Below, one piece after another: positions 1-9,163 of a DNA stretch of 25,308 nt. The translations under genes and the position numbers were made by a program. The first letter of the stretch is position 1; every line of letters begins with the position of its first letter. Source of the DNA: Candidatus Lindowbacteria bacterium RIFCSPLOWO2_12_FULL_62_27 (lineage in GTDB: Bacteria; Lindowbacteria; 2-12-FULL-62-27). The notes beneath the pieces were generated by a model, which saw only the letters and a program-made list of their open reading frames with translations, did no database searches and was not told where the DNA came from. The DNA lies in NCBI GenBank assembly GCA_001784175.1, contig MFPR01000043.1, positions 186,001-211,308 on the forward strand, read 5' to 3'.

Positions 1-1533
1 TTGTCCGCCATCACGGACTCGACGGGTGTCGCGGAGATTTCGTACGTCATGGGCAACGGCGGCGGCATCTACGTCATCGAGGCCCTCGCTAAAAATTCCG
101 GCGCGTTCGCGTTCCTTTTCGCTTTCACCAAGGGATTCACGCCGCACCCCGGCAACCAGTGGCGCATGGTGTCGATGCCGGTGTATCCGAACGACACGTT
201 CGGCATCGTTCAGGTCGACGCCTACAATCGAGGCGTGCCGGGCCCGGCGGTCAGCATGTCGTCGTTCATCGGCGACGATTTTTCGCTGTCGACCTCCAAG
301 GTCTACTACTGGAATCCGTCCTTCAGCAATCCGGACGCAAAGTTTGCCGACGCCGGGCACATCCGGTATCAGGACGTCTCGTCCGGCAACGCCAAGATGG
401 GACGCGCCTACTGGCTGCTTACCACCGCCAACGGCGTCCTCGATGCCGTCAGACCGGACAGCGCTGACGTGTATGCCGAAGTCACCGAGACGGTCTACAT
501 TCCGCTCCACGTGGGCGCCAACATGATCGGCGTCCCGTTTCCGTATCCGCTTCGATCTTCCAACCTCCTCGTGCAAACCGCGCCCAACGGAACGCCGGAT
601 ACGATTGACAACGTCTCGTCGTTTGTCGAACACCGGCTCTGGTGGATCGCGCCGACCATTACGGCCAACGGCGCCGCTAGTTCCTCTTACGTGTCGGGTG
701 GGAACCCTTTAACGGGCGCATCGTTTCCCGGCATGGCGCTGTTTCCGTTTGAAGGATACTGGATCAAGGCGACTTCTCTATGCGCCTCGGCCGGATGCAC
801 CTTGGTGTTTCCGCCGGTTCCGGCCGACAGCCTTCCGATCGGCAGCGACGGCAAGCCTGTCATCACCGGCGGAGGGCCGGGCACGGCGACGGCCGCGCCC
901 GCGTTTCGCGCGGGTCCGGTCTTGCAGGCCTCCGGCGGAGGCCTGTCGGATAATTGGGCTGTGCAGTTGATCGTGACCTCAAGTGGCGGCGTAGACGTTG
1001 AAAACCTCGCAGGCGTGCGTCCTCCCTCCTCGCCGCAATACATGCTGTCCTCCTCCGACCCACCGATGGCGCCGGGCGCCGGCGCGATCGCGCTGACGTT
1101 CGTGGAGAACTCCCAGCGCTATTCGACGCTCTTCAAGTCCCCGGGCGAGGAGCCGACGTGGACGGTGGAGGTCACGAGCGCGTCCGAGGGCCCGGTGACG
1201 ATCCAGCCGAGCGACATCTCGTCGATCCCGGGTAGCCTCCCGGTCATGATGCGGGACGAATCGACCGGCCTCGTGACTGACCTTCGCAAGGAACTCGCCT
1301 ATACGTACAACTCCGCCGCCAACGAAACCCGCCGCTTCACCTTCGCCGCCGGTACCCTTGATCCGACTTGGCGCTCGTATGTCCGCTACCCGGAAATGAT
1401 GTGCGTGGCGGGCCGTGTCTTCTCCGGCGCGCCCCGGATTCTCCATCCGCTCCGCGCCCTGCGCGACCTCCTCCTGGACTCCGCCTCCGGCCGTTTGATG
1501 GTTTCGCTGTATTATTCGTTCACACCGGTCTGA
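1..1533 (+). CDS. C-terminal part of a large exported/surface protein with a degenerate CFI-box-CTERM-like tail (probably 5'-partial)
   Basis: Frame open from base 1 to TGA 1531-1533. Ser/Thr/Gly/Pro-rich, beta-strand-like sequence (WRMVSMP, GANMIGVPF). The last ~43 aa (CVAG...LRALRDLLL...GRLMVSLYYSFTP) follow the CFI-box pattern. Confidence 0.7.
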   Translation: MSAITDSTGVAEISYVMGNGGGIYVIEALAKNSGAFAFLFAFTKGFTPHPGNQWRMVSMPVYPNDTFGIVQVDAYNRGVPGPAVSMSSFIGDDFSLSTSKVYYWNPSFSNPDAKFADAGHIRYQDVSSGNAKMGRAYWLLTTANGVLDAVRPDSADVYAEVTETVYIPLHVGANMIGVPFPYPLRSSNLLVQTAPNGTPDTIDNVSSFVEHRLWWIAPTITANGAASSSYVSGGNPLTGASFPGMALFPFEGYWIKATSLCASAGCTLVFPPVPADSLPIGSDGKPVITGGGPGTATAAPAFRAGPVLQASGGGLSDNWAVQLIVTSSGGVDVENLAGVRPPSSPQYMLSSSDPPMAPGAGAIALTFVENSQRYSTLFKSPGEEPTWTVEVTSASEGPVTIQPSDISSIPGSLPVMMRDESTGLVTDLRKELAYTYNSAANETRRFTFAAGTLDPTWRSYVRYPEMMCVAGRVFSGAPRILHPLRALRDLLLDSASGRLMVSLYYSFTPV

Positions 1534-1576
1534 TCTCCATCACTATTTGGACTTTTTTAAATATGAATTGCTCACT

Positions 1577-1652
1577 TCCTCCCCCCTTGTGGGGGAGGAT
1601 TGAGGTGGGGGGTACCCCCCCATCCCAGCCTTCCCCCACAAGGGGGGAAGGG
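1577..1652. repeat. REP-like imperfect palindromic element (PSPLxGEG-type)
   Basis: Two ~35-bp imperfect inverted arms around a central GGTACC (1611-1616). Each arm holds its own small hairpin: ccccccttgtggggg and its inverse cccccacaagggggg. Confidence 0.85.
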
Positions 1653-1702
1653 GTTAGTACCTGCGTTCGCTCGCCGTCTTCGCGCTCGGCCTGATCGCGT
1701 TT

Positions 1703-2899
1703 TTGGCGATTGCCCTCATCGGAGGCCTCGCGGCGGGCCGGCGGTATCTCGAAAGGCGCGCGGGGCCCGGGATGGCCGTTACGTCGCTGCGGATCGAGTT
1801 GGCGGGCGGCCTTGCGCTGCGCGCGCATCTCGTGCCAACCGGCGCGTTTCGGCTGGGCCGGAGCCGGGTCGGGTTCGACGAGATCCGGCTCCGCGGCGAG
1901 GTTTGGCCGCCCATGGAGAATTGCAAGGCCGAGGTGCGCGGCCTCGAGATGCGCGCGGCGCTCCTGCGTCCGGCCGCCGCGCTGGAGGCGCTCTTTGAGC
2001 TCGACCGCCTGACCGGCGTGACTTGCGGGTCGGTCAAAATCATATCTGGCAGCGTTTATCTCGGCGACACGCCTCCGATGCATCTCAGGCTCGATCACGC
2101 CGACTGGGTTCCTCCGCAAAACGCCGTCTCGATCCGCTTCGCCCGCCTCGACGGCCAGCCGATCCAACTGTCCGTGAGCGCGAAGAAGATCCAGGCTGGC
2201 CTCGAAGCAACGCCGGAAGTCTCCGTGTCCGGCGAATGGAACCTGTCCGGTCTCGATGTCACCGCGCTTCTTTCGCGCGTGGGCCTCACATGGTCGTCGC
2301 GGACGGACGTGGGCCTGCTCGAATTCGAATCGCAGGGTGACGACGAGCGCGAGCGCGGGCAGATCCGGATTTCGTCCTGGGTCCTGCTCGGCAAGACACA
2401 CCCGCGTCCATTCCGGCTGGCCGTGCCGTCGGTCACTGCGGAGTTCGCGGCGTCCGACACCGAAATCCTGTTTGAGAGCGTCCACATCGACCGCCCGGCC
2501 TACGACATGCTGGGCGCGAGCCCCTCGCGGTTCCAGAATCTGCTCGCCGGCTCGACGCTCTGGTCCTGGCGCCCGAAAAAAGTCTCCACCGCGAAGGTCG
2601 ACGTTTCCGCCCGACACGAGGCGCGCACGAGGGCGCTCCCGGACACGTTCGCCGTGCGCGTGTCGCGCCTCGCCATCGATTCGGGCGCCGCCATGGTCCT
2701 CGACCGCCCGGAACACACGTCGTTCGCGCTCAAAATGTCCGACTTCCATCTCACGCTCTCCGGCCCCGCCACGGTCCTCGGCCGGACGCCCAACACCTCG
2801 ATCCGCTTCCGCGTGAACGACCGCAAAGACATGCAGTGGCGCGCGATCACCGATTTTTCCACCTGGCCCCCGCAGTTCCGCCTGACCGACGTGCGGTGA
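1703..2899 (+). CDS. Membrane-anchored hypothetical protein, possibly AsmA/DUF748-like; start uncertain
   Basis: Strong GC bias at third codon positions in this frame. N-terminal hydrophobic helix followed by amphipathic beta strands (VRVSRLAIDSGAAMVLDR...FALKMSDFHLTLSG). The family call is weak. Confidence 0.6.
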   Translation: MAIALIGGLAAGRRYLERRAGPGMAVTSLRIELAGGLALRAHLVPTGAFRLGRSRVGFDEIRLRGEVWPPMENCKAEVRGLEMRAALLRPAAALEALFELDRLTGVTCGSVKIISGSVYLGDTPPMHLRLDHADWVPPQNAVSIRFARLDGQPIQLSVSAKKIQAGLEATPEVSVSGEWNLSGLDVTALLSRVGLTWSSRTDVGLLEFESQGDDERERGQIRISSWVLLGKTHPRPFRLAVPSVTAEFAASDTEILFESVHIDRPAYDMLGASPSRFQNLLAGSTLWSWRPKKVSTAKVDVSARHEARTRALPDTFAVRVSRLAIDSGAAMVLDRPEHTSFALKMSDFHLTLSGPATVLGRTPNTSIRFRVNDRKDMQWRAITDFSTWPPQFRLTDVR

Positions 2900-2950
2900 C
2901 GCGGGGTCGATGCGCTTGAGCATTATGGCCTCCTTTTGATACAAAGCCTC

Positions 2951-4204
2951 ATGCGACCCATGAGGCTGCGAGAGTCGCTCGGAGCGTGCTTTGTTGTCCT
3001 TCTCTTATTTGCCGCCGCTTGCGGCGCACCCGACCGGCCCGAGGCGCGGCCGATCCGGCTCTGGACGCACTGGGACGGCCGGGAGCTCGACATCCTGAAA
3101 GACGAGCTGGCCCGCTACGAGCAGGCGCACCCGGACGTGCGGGTGGATCTGGCGGCCCGTGTGTTTGACACGTTCTCCCTCGAAATCGAGCAGGCGATCC
3201 GCCAGGGGTCGCCGCGCGCGCCCGATGTGTTCACCGGCATCAACGACTGGATCGGGAACTTCGCCGAAAAAAATATTCTCGTGCCCATCGACAACCTCCC
3301 GGGCGAAATGCCCGATGAGTTTCTGTCCTACGCCTACGAGGCCGTGCAGTACAAGGGGAAACTGTACGCCTTTCCACTGTCGTACGAATGCATCGCCCTT
3401 TTTTACAACCGCAAGCTGGTGAAATCGCCGCCCGCGGCGTTTGACGCGTGGATCAAATCCGCCAAATCGTTCACTCGGCCGGACCAGGACCAGTGGGGAC
3501 TCGCCTGTGACCTCGGGCAACCGTATTTCACCATGCCCTTTCTTCTCGCCGGCGGCTCGACCCTCCTTCAGCCCGATGGCCACCCCGCGCTGAATTGGCC
3601 GGACAAGATCCACTGGCTGGAACTGGTGGCGTCGCTGCAAAACGAGCATGGCGTCGTCCCGCCCCGGGTCAGCGGCGCGCAGAGCCGCGCGCGGGACCTG
3701 TTCGCGAGCGGCCGGGCCGCCTACTTTATCGGCGGCCCGTGGGACGTGCCGCCGCTGGTGGAATCGAAACTCGATTTTGGAATCGCGCGCCTGCCGAAAA
3801 TGCCGAACGGCGTCTGGTCGCCGCCGCTGATCGGGGTCAAGGGCCTGTTCCTGACAGGCAAGGGCGACCGGCCGGAATCGCGCGACCTCATTCGATACCT
3901 GGGCCGCGCGGCGCTGCAGCGGCGGTTTGCGGTCGAGACGGCAAGAATTCCAAGTTTGAAGATCGTCTACGACGATCCGGTGATCGTGAAGAACGCGCAT
4001 CTCATGGCCTTCGCCGACCAGGCCACCGTCGGTGAGGCGATGCCCAACGCCCCGGAAATTTTCGCCGTGTGGCGCCCGCTTCAGGACATGGCGTTCATTC
4101 CGCATCTCGAAGGCCGCGTGACGGCGGAGGCCGGCTTGGGCGCCGCGCAGACCGCGGCGGCCGAGGACATCCGGCGGTATCGCGCGGAACTCGCCTCTTG
4201 GTAG
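2951..4204 (+). CDS. Sugar ABC transporter substrate-binding lipoprotein (MalE/CUT1-like)
   Basis: Signal peptide with lipobox FAAAC. Motifs IRLWTHW, APDVF, YKGKLYAFP, LFYNRKL, GPWD, MPNAPE. Start is ATG 2951 or 2960. Confidence 0.88.
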   Translation: MRPMRLRESLGACFVVLLLFAAACGAPDRPEARPIRLWTHWDGRELDILKDELARYEQAHPDVRVDLAARVFDTFSLEIEQAIRQGSPRAPDVFTGINDWIGNFAEKNILVPIDNLPGEMPDEFLSYAYEAVQYKGKLYAFPLSYECIALFYNRKLVKSPPAAFDAWIKSAKSFTRPDQDQWGLACDLGQPYFTMPFLLAGGSTLLQPDGHPALNWPDKIHWLELVASLQNEHGVVPPRVSGAQSRARDLFASGRAAYFIGGPWDVPPLVESKLDFGIARLPKMPNGVWSPPLIGVKGLFLTGKGDRPESRDLIRYLGRAALQRRFAVETARIPSLKIVYDDPVIVKNAHLMAFADQATVGEAMPNAPEIFAVWRPLQDMAFIPHLEGRVTAEAGLGAAQTAAAEDIRRYRAELASW

Positions 4205-5022
4205 TCACGAAACTCTACGGCATCCTCGGCCATCCGCTCGGCCACACCCTCTCGCCGGCCATGCAAAACGCCGCCTTCCGCGCGGCCGGGATCGACGCGC
4301 TCTACGTGGCGCTGCCGGTCGAGCCGGCCCGCATCCGTCGCGCGCTCGCGGGCCTGAAAGTCTCCGGATTTTCGGGATTCAACGTGACGGTGCCCTACAA
4401 GGAAACCGTTCTTCCCTATCTCGACCGAATTTCCCCCGACGCCCGGGCCGTCGGCGCGGTCAACACGATCGTCGCCGATCCCCGGACCGGTCGATGGGTC
4501 GGCCACAACACGGACGTGTACGGCTTTCAGCGTCTGGCCGCGCGCGCCGGGATCCGGACCGCCGGGCGCCGGATTCTCTTGATCGGCGCCGGCGGCGCGG
4601 CCCGCGCGGTCTGCGCCGCGATCGGCGGCGCTGCGGCCTCGATCGACATCGTCAATCGCACACCGGCGCGTGCGCGGAAGCTTCGGGCGGCGATGCCCAA
4701 AAAAATTCAGAAAAAAATAGACGTCCTTTCATCGACCCCTATGTCCCACGCCTACGACCTCATCATCAACGCCACCTCCGTCGGCCTTCTTCGCGGCGAT
4801 CGCCTGCCGGCGCCGGCATGGATTTTCGAAAAAGCGACCGCCGCGATCGACCTGATTTACAATCCGCCTCGCACCGATTTTCTGCGCCGCGCGCGCCGCG
4901 CCGGATGCCGGATCGCGGGTGGACTCGACATGCTCCTCTACCAGGGCGCGCGCGCCTTCGAGCTGTGGACGCGTCGGCCGGCCCCCGTGGCCGCGATGCG
5001 CCGCGCGCTCCTCCGGAAGTAA
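4198..5022 (+). CDS. aroE: Shikimate dehydrogenase
   Basis: GHPLGHTLSP, GFNVTVPYKE, GAVNT, GHNTD, GAGGAARA, INATSVG, DLIYNP, GLDMLLYQ. The TTG start at 4198 overlaps the upstream stop codon. Confidence 0.95.
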   Translation: MVVTKLYGILGHPLGHTLSPAMQNAAFRAAGIDALYVALPVEPARIRRALAGLKVSGFSGFNVTVPYKETVLPYLDRISPDARAVGAVNTIVADPRTGRWVGHNTDVYGFQRLAARAGIRTAGRRILLIGAGGAARAVCAAIGGAAASIDIVNRTPARARKLRAAMPKKIQKKIDVLSSTPMSHAYDLIINATSVGLLRGDRLPAPAWIFEKATAAIDLIYNPPRTDFLRRARRAGCRIAGGLDMLLYQGARAFELWTRRPAPVAAMRRALLRK

Positions 5023-5027
5023 CGCTG

Positions 5028-5873
5028 ATGCCGCCCGAAGTCTGGACCGCCGTCATGGCGGGTCTGGGGTTGACGGTCGGCAGTTTCCTGAACGTCTGCA
5101 TCCATCGCCTCCCGCAGGGTGTGTCGGTCGTTTTCCCGCGATCGAGTTGCCCGTCCTGCGGGCATACCCTCGGCGCCGCCGAACTTGTTCCGGTGCTCAG
5201 TTACCTGTTCCAGCGCGGCAAATGCCGGTCCTGCGGATGCCGGATCTCTCCGAGGTACGCGCTGGTGGAGATCCTGACGGGCGCGATTTTTGTTTTCTGT
5301 CACCGGTATTTTTTCCTTCACGGCGACATCGCGAGCGGCCTCGCCTATCTGTATTTTTTCAGCGTACTGGTGGTCGTCGTCTTCATCGATCTCGACCACT
5401 ACCTGATCCTCGATGTCGTGACGTATCCGGGCATGGCGGTCGCGCTGATCCTCGCCCTGCCGGGCCATTGGCCGCTCGCGGCCGGCGCGCCGGTTCCGCG
5501 GCTCCTGGAATCGGCGCAGGGTCTTGCCGTGGGCGGCGGGATCCTCTGGCTCATTCAATTTCTGGGGATGCTGTGGTACCGTAAACAGGGTCTTGCGGCG
5601 ATGGGTCTGGGAGACGTGAAGCTGGCGGCCTTCACCGGCGCTTTTCTGGGTCCGAAACATCAAGCCTATGCCCTGTTCATTTCGGTGGTGATCGGCGGAG
5701 TCGGCGGCATGCTGCTCATGCTGTCCGGGATCAGAAAGGGCAAGGAGTACATCGCCTTCGGCCCCGTTCTGGCCGCGGGCGCGGCGATCGCGCCGTTCTA
5801 CGGCATGGAGTTTTATGAAGGACTGATGCGGATGATACAAACACTTGTTTCTCTCATCATGGAGCGCCTATGA
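5028..5873 (+). CDS. pilD: Type IV prepilin peptidase/N-methyltransferase (A24)
   Basis: GSFLNVCIHRLP, two CxxC motifs, FIDLD, MGLGDVKL, IAFGP and multiple TM helices. ATG at 5028. Confidence 0.95.
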   Translation: MPPEVWTAVMAGLGLTVGSFLNVCIHRLPQGVSVVFPRSSCPSCGHTLGAAELVPVLSYLFQRGKCRSCGCRISPRYALVEILTGAIFVFCHRYFFLHGDIASGLAYLYFFSVLVVVVFIDLDHYLILDVVTYPGMAVALILALPGHWPLAAGAPVPRLLESAQGLAVGGGILWLIQFLGMLWYRKQGLAAMGLGDVKLAAFTGAFLGPKHQAYALFISVVIGGVGGMLLMLSGIRKGKEYIAFGPVLAAGAAIAPFYGMEFYEGLMRMIQTLVSLIMERL

Positions 5874-7042
5874 ACTCACTTCGATTGCTGACCGCGGGCG
5901 AATCGCACGGCAAGGCGGTGGTGGCGATTCTCGAAGGAATGCCCGCGGGCGTTCCCATGGATGTGGCCCGCGTGAACGCGGAACTGAAAAAACGCCAGGG
6001 CGGACATGGCCGGGGCGGGCGGATGAAGATCGAAAAGGACGCCATCGGTATTCTGTCGGGCATCCGATTCGGCCGCACGCTGGGCAGCCCCATCGCGTTC
6101 GAGATCCGCAACCTCGACTACGCCAACTGGGAAACAAAAATGGCCGTCGAGGGCGCGCCGCCCAAAGGATACGAGCCTGTCACCCTCGCCCGGCCCGGAC
6201 ACGCGGACCTCGCGGGCGTCCTGAAATTCGGACACGACGACATCCGCAACGTCATCGAGCGATCCAGCGCACGGGAAACCGCCGCGCGCACGGCCGCCGG
6301 GGCCATCGCCAAGGAACTCTTGCGCGCGTTCGACATCACATGGCTCGCGCACGTCACCCATCTCGGGCCGGTCGCGACCCGCGCGAGGAACTGGATCGAC
6401 CCGCGCGTGCCGCCGGCGTTTCTGCGCGCGGTCGAATCGTCGCCCGTGCGGTGTGCCCACCGGTCCGCGTCGGGGAAAATGGTCGCGGCGATCGATGCGG
6501 CGCGGAAGCGGGGCGACACGCTGGGCGGCATCTATGAAGTTGTTTTTTTCAACGTCCCGCCCGGCCTCGGCAGTTGCATGCAGTGGGACCGGAAACTGGA
6601 CGCGCGGCTGGCGTTCGGGATCCTCTCGATCCACGCGCAGAAAGGCATCGAGATCGGCGACGGCTTTTCGGGCGCGGTCCTGCCGGGCTCCCGGGTTCAC
6701 GACGAGATTTTTTATTCGAAGTCCGGGGGATTCCATCGCCGGACGAACCGCGCCGGCGGCATCGAGGGCGGGATGACCAACGGCTCGCCCGTGGTCGTCC
6801 GCGGCGCGATGAAACCGATCTCGACTCTGCTCAAACCCCTCCGCAGCGTCGACCTCAAAACACGCCGCGCGACGATCAGCCGCTACGAACGGTCGGACGT
6901 GTGCGCGCTGCCGGCGGCGAGCGTGGTGGCGGAGGGCGTGGTGGCGTTCGTGCTGGCGGACGCCTTCCTGGAAAAATTCGCGGGCGACCATCTGAAAGAC
7001 GTCGAGGCGGCCGTCGCGCATTTCAAACGGAGGATTCGCTGA
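5870..7042 (+). CDS. aroC: Chorismate synthase
   Basis: LTAGESHG, RQGGHGRGGR, RPGHAD, ERSSARETA, NRAGGIEGGMTNG, MKPISTL, ERSDVC. Confidence 0.98.
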   Translation: MNSLRLLTAGESHGKAVVAILEGMPAGVPMDVARVNAELKKRQGGHGRGGRMKIEKDAIGILSGIRFGRTLGSPIAFEIRNLDYANWETKMAVEGAPPKGYEPVTLARPGHADLAGVLKFGHDDIRNVIERSSARETAARTAAGAIAKELLRAFDITWLAHVTHLGPVATRARNWIDPRVPPAFLRAVESSPVRCAHRSASGKMVAAIDAARKRGDTLGGIYEVVFFNVPPGLGSCMQWDRKLDARLAFGILSIHAQKGIEIGDGFSGAVLPGSRVHDEIFYSKSGGFHRRTNRAGGIEGGMTNGSPVVVRGAMKPISTLLKPLRSVDLKTRRATISRYERSDVCALPAASVVAEGVVAFVLADAFLEKFAGDHLKDVEAAVAHFKRRIR

Positions 7043-7045
7043 CGT

Positions 7046-7525
7046 ATGGCCAAAGACAAATTCAAAATCCTGGTGATTCACGGCCCGAACCTGGACCGGC
7101 TCGGCAAACGTGAAAAGAACGTCTACGGCGAAATGACGCTCGAGGAGTTGAACGCGGAAATCGCAGCCGTGGCCGGAAAGCTCGGCGTCAATGTTGAGAC
7201 CTTCCAGAGCAACAAGGAGGGCGAGCTGGTCGCCAAAATCAATACGGCCGGCGAGGCCTTCGATTTTCTCGTCGTCAACCCCGGCGCCTACACCCACGTC
7301 TCCTATGCGATCCACGACGCCATCCGCGCGGCCGACCTGCCGGCCATCGAGGTCCATCTGTCGAACGTGGGCGCGCGGGAGCCGTTCCGGCGCGTGAGCG
7401 TCGTCGCGCCGGCCTGCATCGGGTCCATCGCCGGGTTCGGCGCGTTCTCGTATCTGATGGCCCTCGAAATGGCCATGTCGATGCTGGAGGCCGACACCGA
7501 CTCGGAGGCGGCCGGTCGCGAGTGA
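7046..7525 (+). CDS. aroQ: Type II 3-dehydroquinate dehydratase
   Basis: HGPNLDRLGKRE..VYG, FQSNKEG, NPGAYTH, EVHLSN..AREPFR. Confidence 0.97.
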   Translation: MAKDKFKILVIHGPNLDRLGKREKNVYGEMTLEELNAEIAAVAGKLGVNVETFQSNKEGELVAKINTAGEAFDFLVVNPGAYTHVSYAIHDAIRAADLPAIEVHLSNVGAREPFRRVSVVAPACIGSIAGFGAFSYLMALEMAMSMLEADTDSEAAGRE

Positions 7526-7529
7526 CTGC

Positions 7530-8600
7530 ATGACGAATCCGTCGAGCGCGTTTCAATCAAAATCCGACGCGGCCCTCTTCGTCGACCCGACCAGCCTGCG
7601 ATACCTTACCGGCCTGCGATTTTCCGCGGGCGCGGCGCTGGTGGGCAAATTCGGCAAGGCGCTCCTCGTGGACGGCCGGTATTATTTCAAGGCCCGGCGC
7701 GTTCTGTCTCGCGGCTGGAACGTGCTGAAACTCGCGCCCGGCGCCGCCGAACTTGTGCGGCACATACGGAATCTCGGCGTCCGGCAGGTGTACGTCGACA
7801 CCGAATCCATATCGGCCGCGCGGTACCGCAAACTCGTCGAGTCGGCCGACGGCCTCGCCGTTGCCGGCGCCGAGGGACTGTCGGACCGGATCCGCGCGGT
7901 CAAGCGGCCGGAGGAAATCCGGGCCATCCGCGACGCCGTGCGCCTCACCGACGATCTCTGGTCCCGCGTCCGCACGCACATCCGGGTCGGCATGACCGAA
8001 CGCGAGCTTCGCGCGTTCATCATCGAACAGGCGATCCGGATGGGCGCGGAGGAGATGTCCTTCGAGCCGATCGTGGTGAGCGGCCCGGCGACGGCGGAAC
8101 CGCACGCCGAAGCGGGCGACCGGCCGATCCGGGGCGACGAGCCGCTCATGGTCGACATGGGCGTCCGGCTCAACGGGTACTGCTCCGATTTCACGCGCAC
8201 GCCCTTCCTCCTGCGCCGCCGGGCCGCGCCGCCCGCATGGTTTGTCCGGTTTTACCGCGAGGTGCTGGCGATTCAAAATCTGGCGTATCGTTTGATCGCG
8301 GGCGGCGAACGGGCGCCCGGCGCGGTCGCAAAAAAAATATCCGCACGGCTTCAAAAAAGGCGTCTTAAGACTTATTATCTCCACAGCCTGGGCCACGGGG
8401 TCGGCTTGAAAATTCACGAGGAGCCTTACCTCACGGAAAAGGGCCGGACGCTGGAAAACGGAATGGTCTTCACCGTCGAGCCCGGGCTCTACCGCGCCGG
8501 TTCCGGCGGGGTTCGCATTGAGGACATGGCGTGCCTCCTGCAGGGCCGGCTCGACGTTCTGACCCGGAGCACAAAGGAAATGGTTTGGAGGATATCCTGA
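7530..8600 (+). CDS. Xaa-Pro aminopeptidase/dipeptidase (M24B)
   Basis: LRYLTG and VDGRY in the N-domain. Metal ligands in VDMG, YCSDFTRT, HSLGHGVG, TVEPG and GVRIED. Usual position between aroQ and efp. Confidence 0.93.
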   Translation: MTNPSSAFQSKSDAALFVDPTSLRYLTGLRFSAGAALVGKFGKALLVDGRYYFKARRVLSRGWNVLKLAPGAAELVRHIRNLGVRQVYVDTESISAARYRKLVESADGLAVAGAEGLSDRIRAVKRPEEIRAIRDAVRLTDDLWSRVRTHIRVGMTERELRAFIIEQAIRMGAEEMSFEPIVVSGPATAEPHAEAGDRPIRGDEPLMVDMGVRLNGYCSDFTRTPFLLRRRAAPPAWFVRFYREVLAIQNLAYRLIAGGERAPGAVAKKISARLQKRRLKTYYLHSLGHGVGLKIHEEPYLTEKGRTLENGMVFTVEPGLYRAGSGGVRIEDMACLLQGRLDVLTRSTKEMVWRIS

Positions 8601-9163
8601 TGGCGCAAATTGGTCCCAACGAATTCAAGAACGGCATTACTATTCAGTACGAGCACCGCCTCTGCACGATCCTGGAGTTTCAGCACGTCAAAATGCAGAT
8701 GCGGGCGCCGACGATCAAGACCCGCCTGCGCGACATCAAGACCGGCCAGGTCCTCGAAATCAATTTCCGGCAGGGAGACAAGTTCGAGCAGGTCTACATG
8801 GAGACACGCAAAATGCAGTTCATGTACGCGACGGACGACTCGCTCGTGTTTCTCGATCTCAAGGATTACGAGGAGAAGAACGTCCCGAAGACGCTGGCGG
8901 GGGAAGCGGCGAACTTCATTCCGGAAAGCGCCGAAATCTCCGTGAATTTCCTTGAAGGCAATCCCCTCACCGTGGAACTGCCGGCCGCGATGACGCTCAC
9001 CATCAAGGCCTCCGAGGCCGGCGTCAAGGGCGACCGGGTGAGCGGCGCGACGAAACTGGCGACGCTCGAAACCGGCCACCAGCTCCAGGTCCCCGTCTTC
9101 ATCCAGCCCGGCGACCGCATCCGCGTCGACACCCGGTCGGGAGAGTACATCGGCAAGGAATGA
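8600..9163 (+). CDS. efp: Translation elongation factor P with atypical loop (KMQMR)
   Basis: FKNG, FQHVK, MQFMY, VELP, GVKGD, KLATLETG, VPVFI, IRVDTRSGEY. ATG 8600 overlaps the upstream TGA. Confidence 0.96.
   Translation: MAQIGPNEFKNGITIQYEHRLCTILEFQHVKMQMRAPTIKTRLRDIKTGQVLEINFRQGDKFEQVYMETRKMQFMYATDDSLVFLDLKDYEEKNVPKTLAGEAANFIPESAEISVNFLEGNPLTVELPAAMTLTIKASEAGVKGDRVSGATKLATLETGHQLQVPVFIQPGDRIRVDTRSGEYIGKE

Noticed and set aside
4069-5027. Long N-terminal extensions of aroE (from 4069) and pilD (from 4494); likewise efp from 8531, antitoxin from 17034, hsp20 from 20242 and groES from 23063
   Set aside because: They overlap upstream genes or precede the RBS; family similarity begins at the later starts.
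5876-7531. 551-aa minus-strand ORF, and similar long antisense ORFs (3005-4105, 9566-10687, 11744-12772, 14043-15878)
   Set aside because: Shadows of well-identified genes in GC-rich DNA, with no recognisable motifs.
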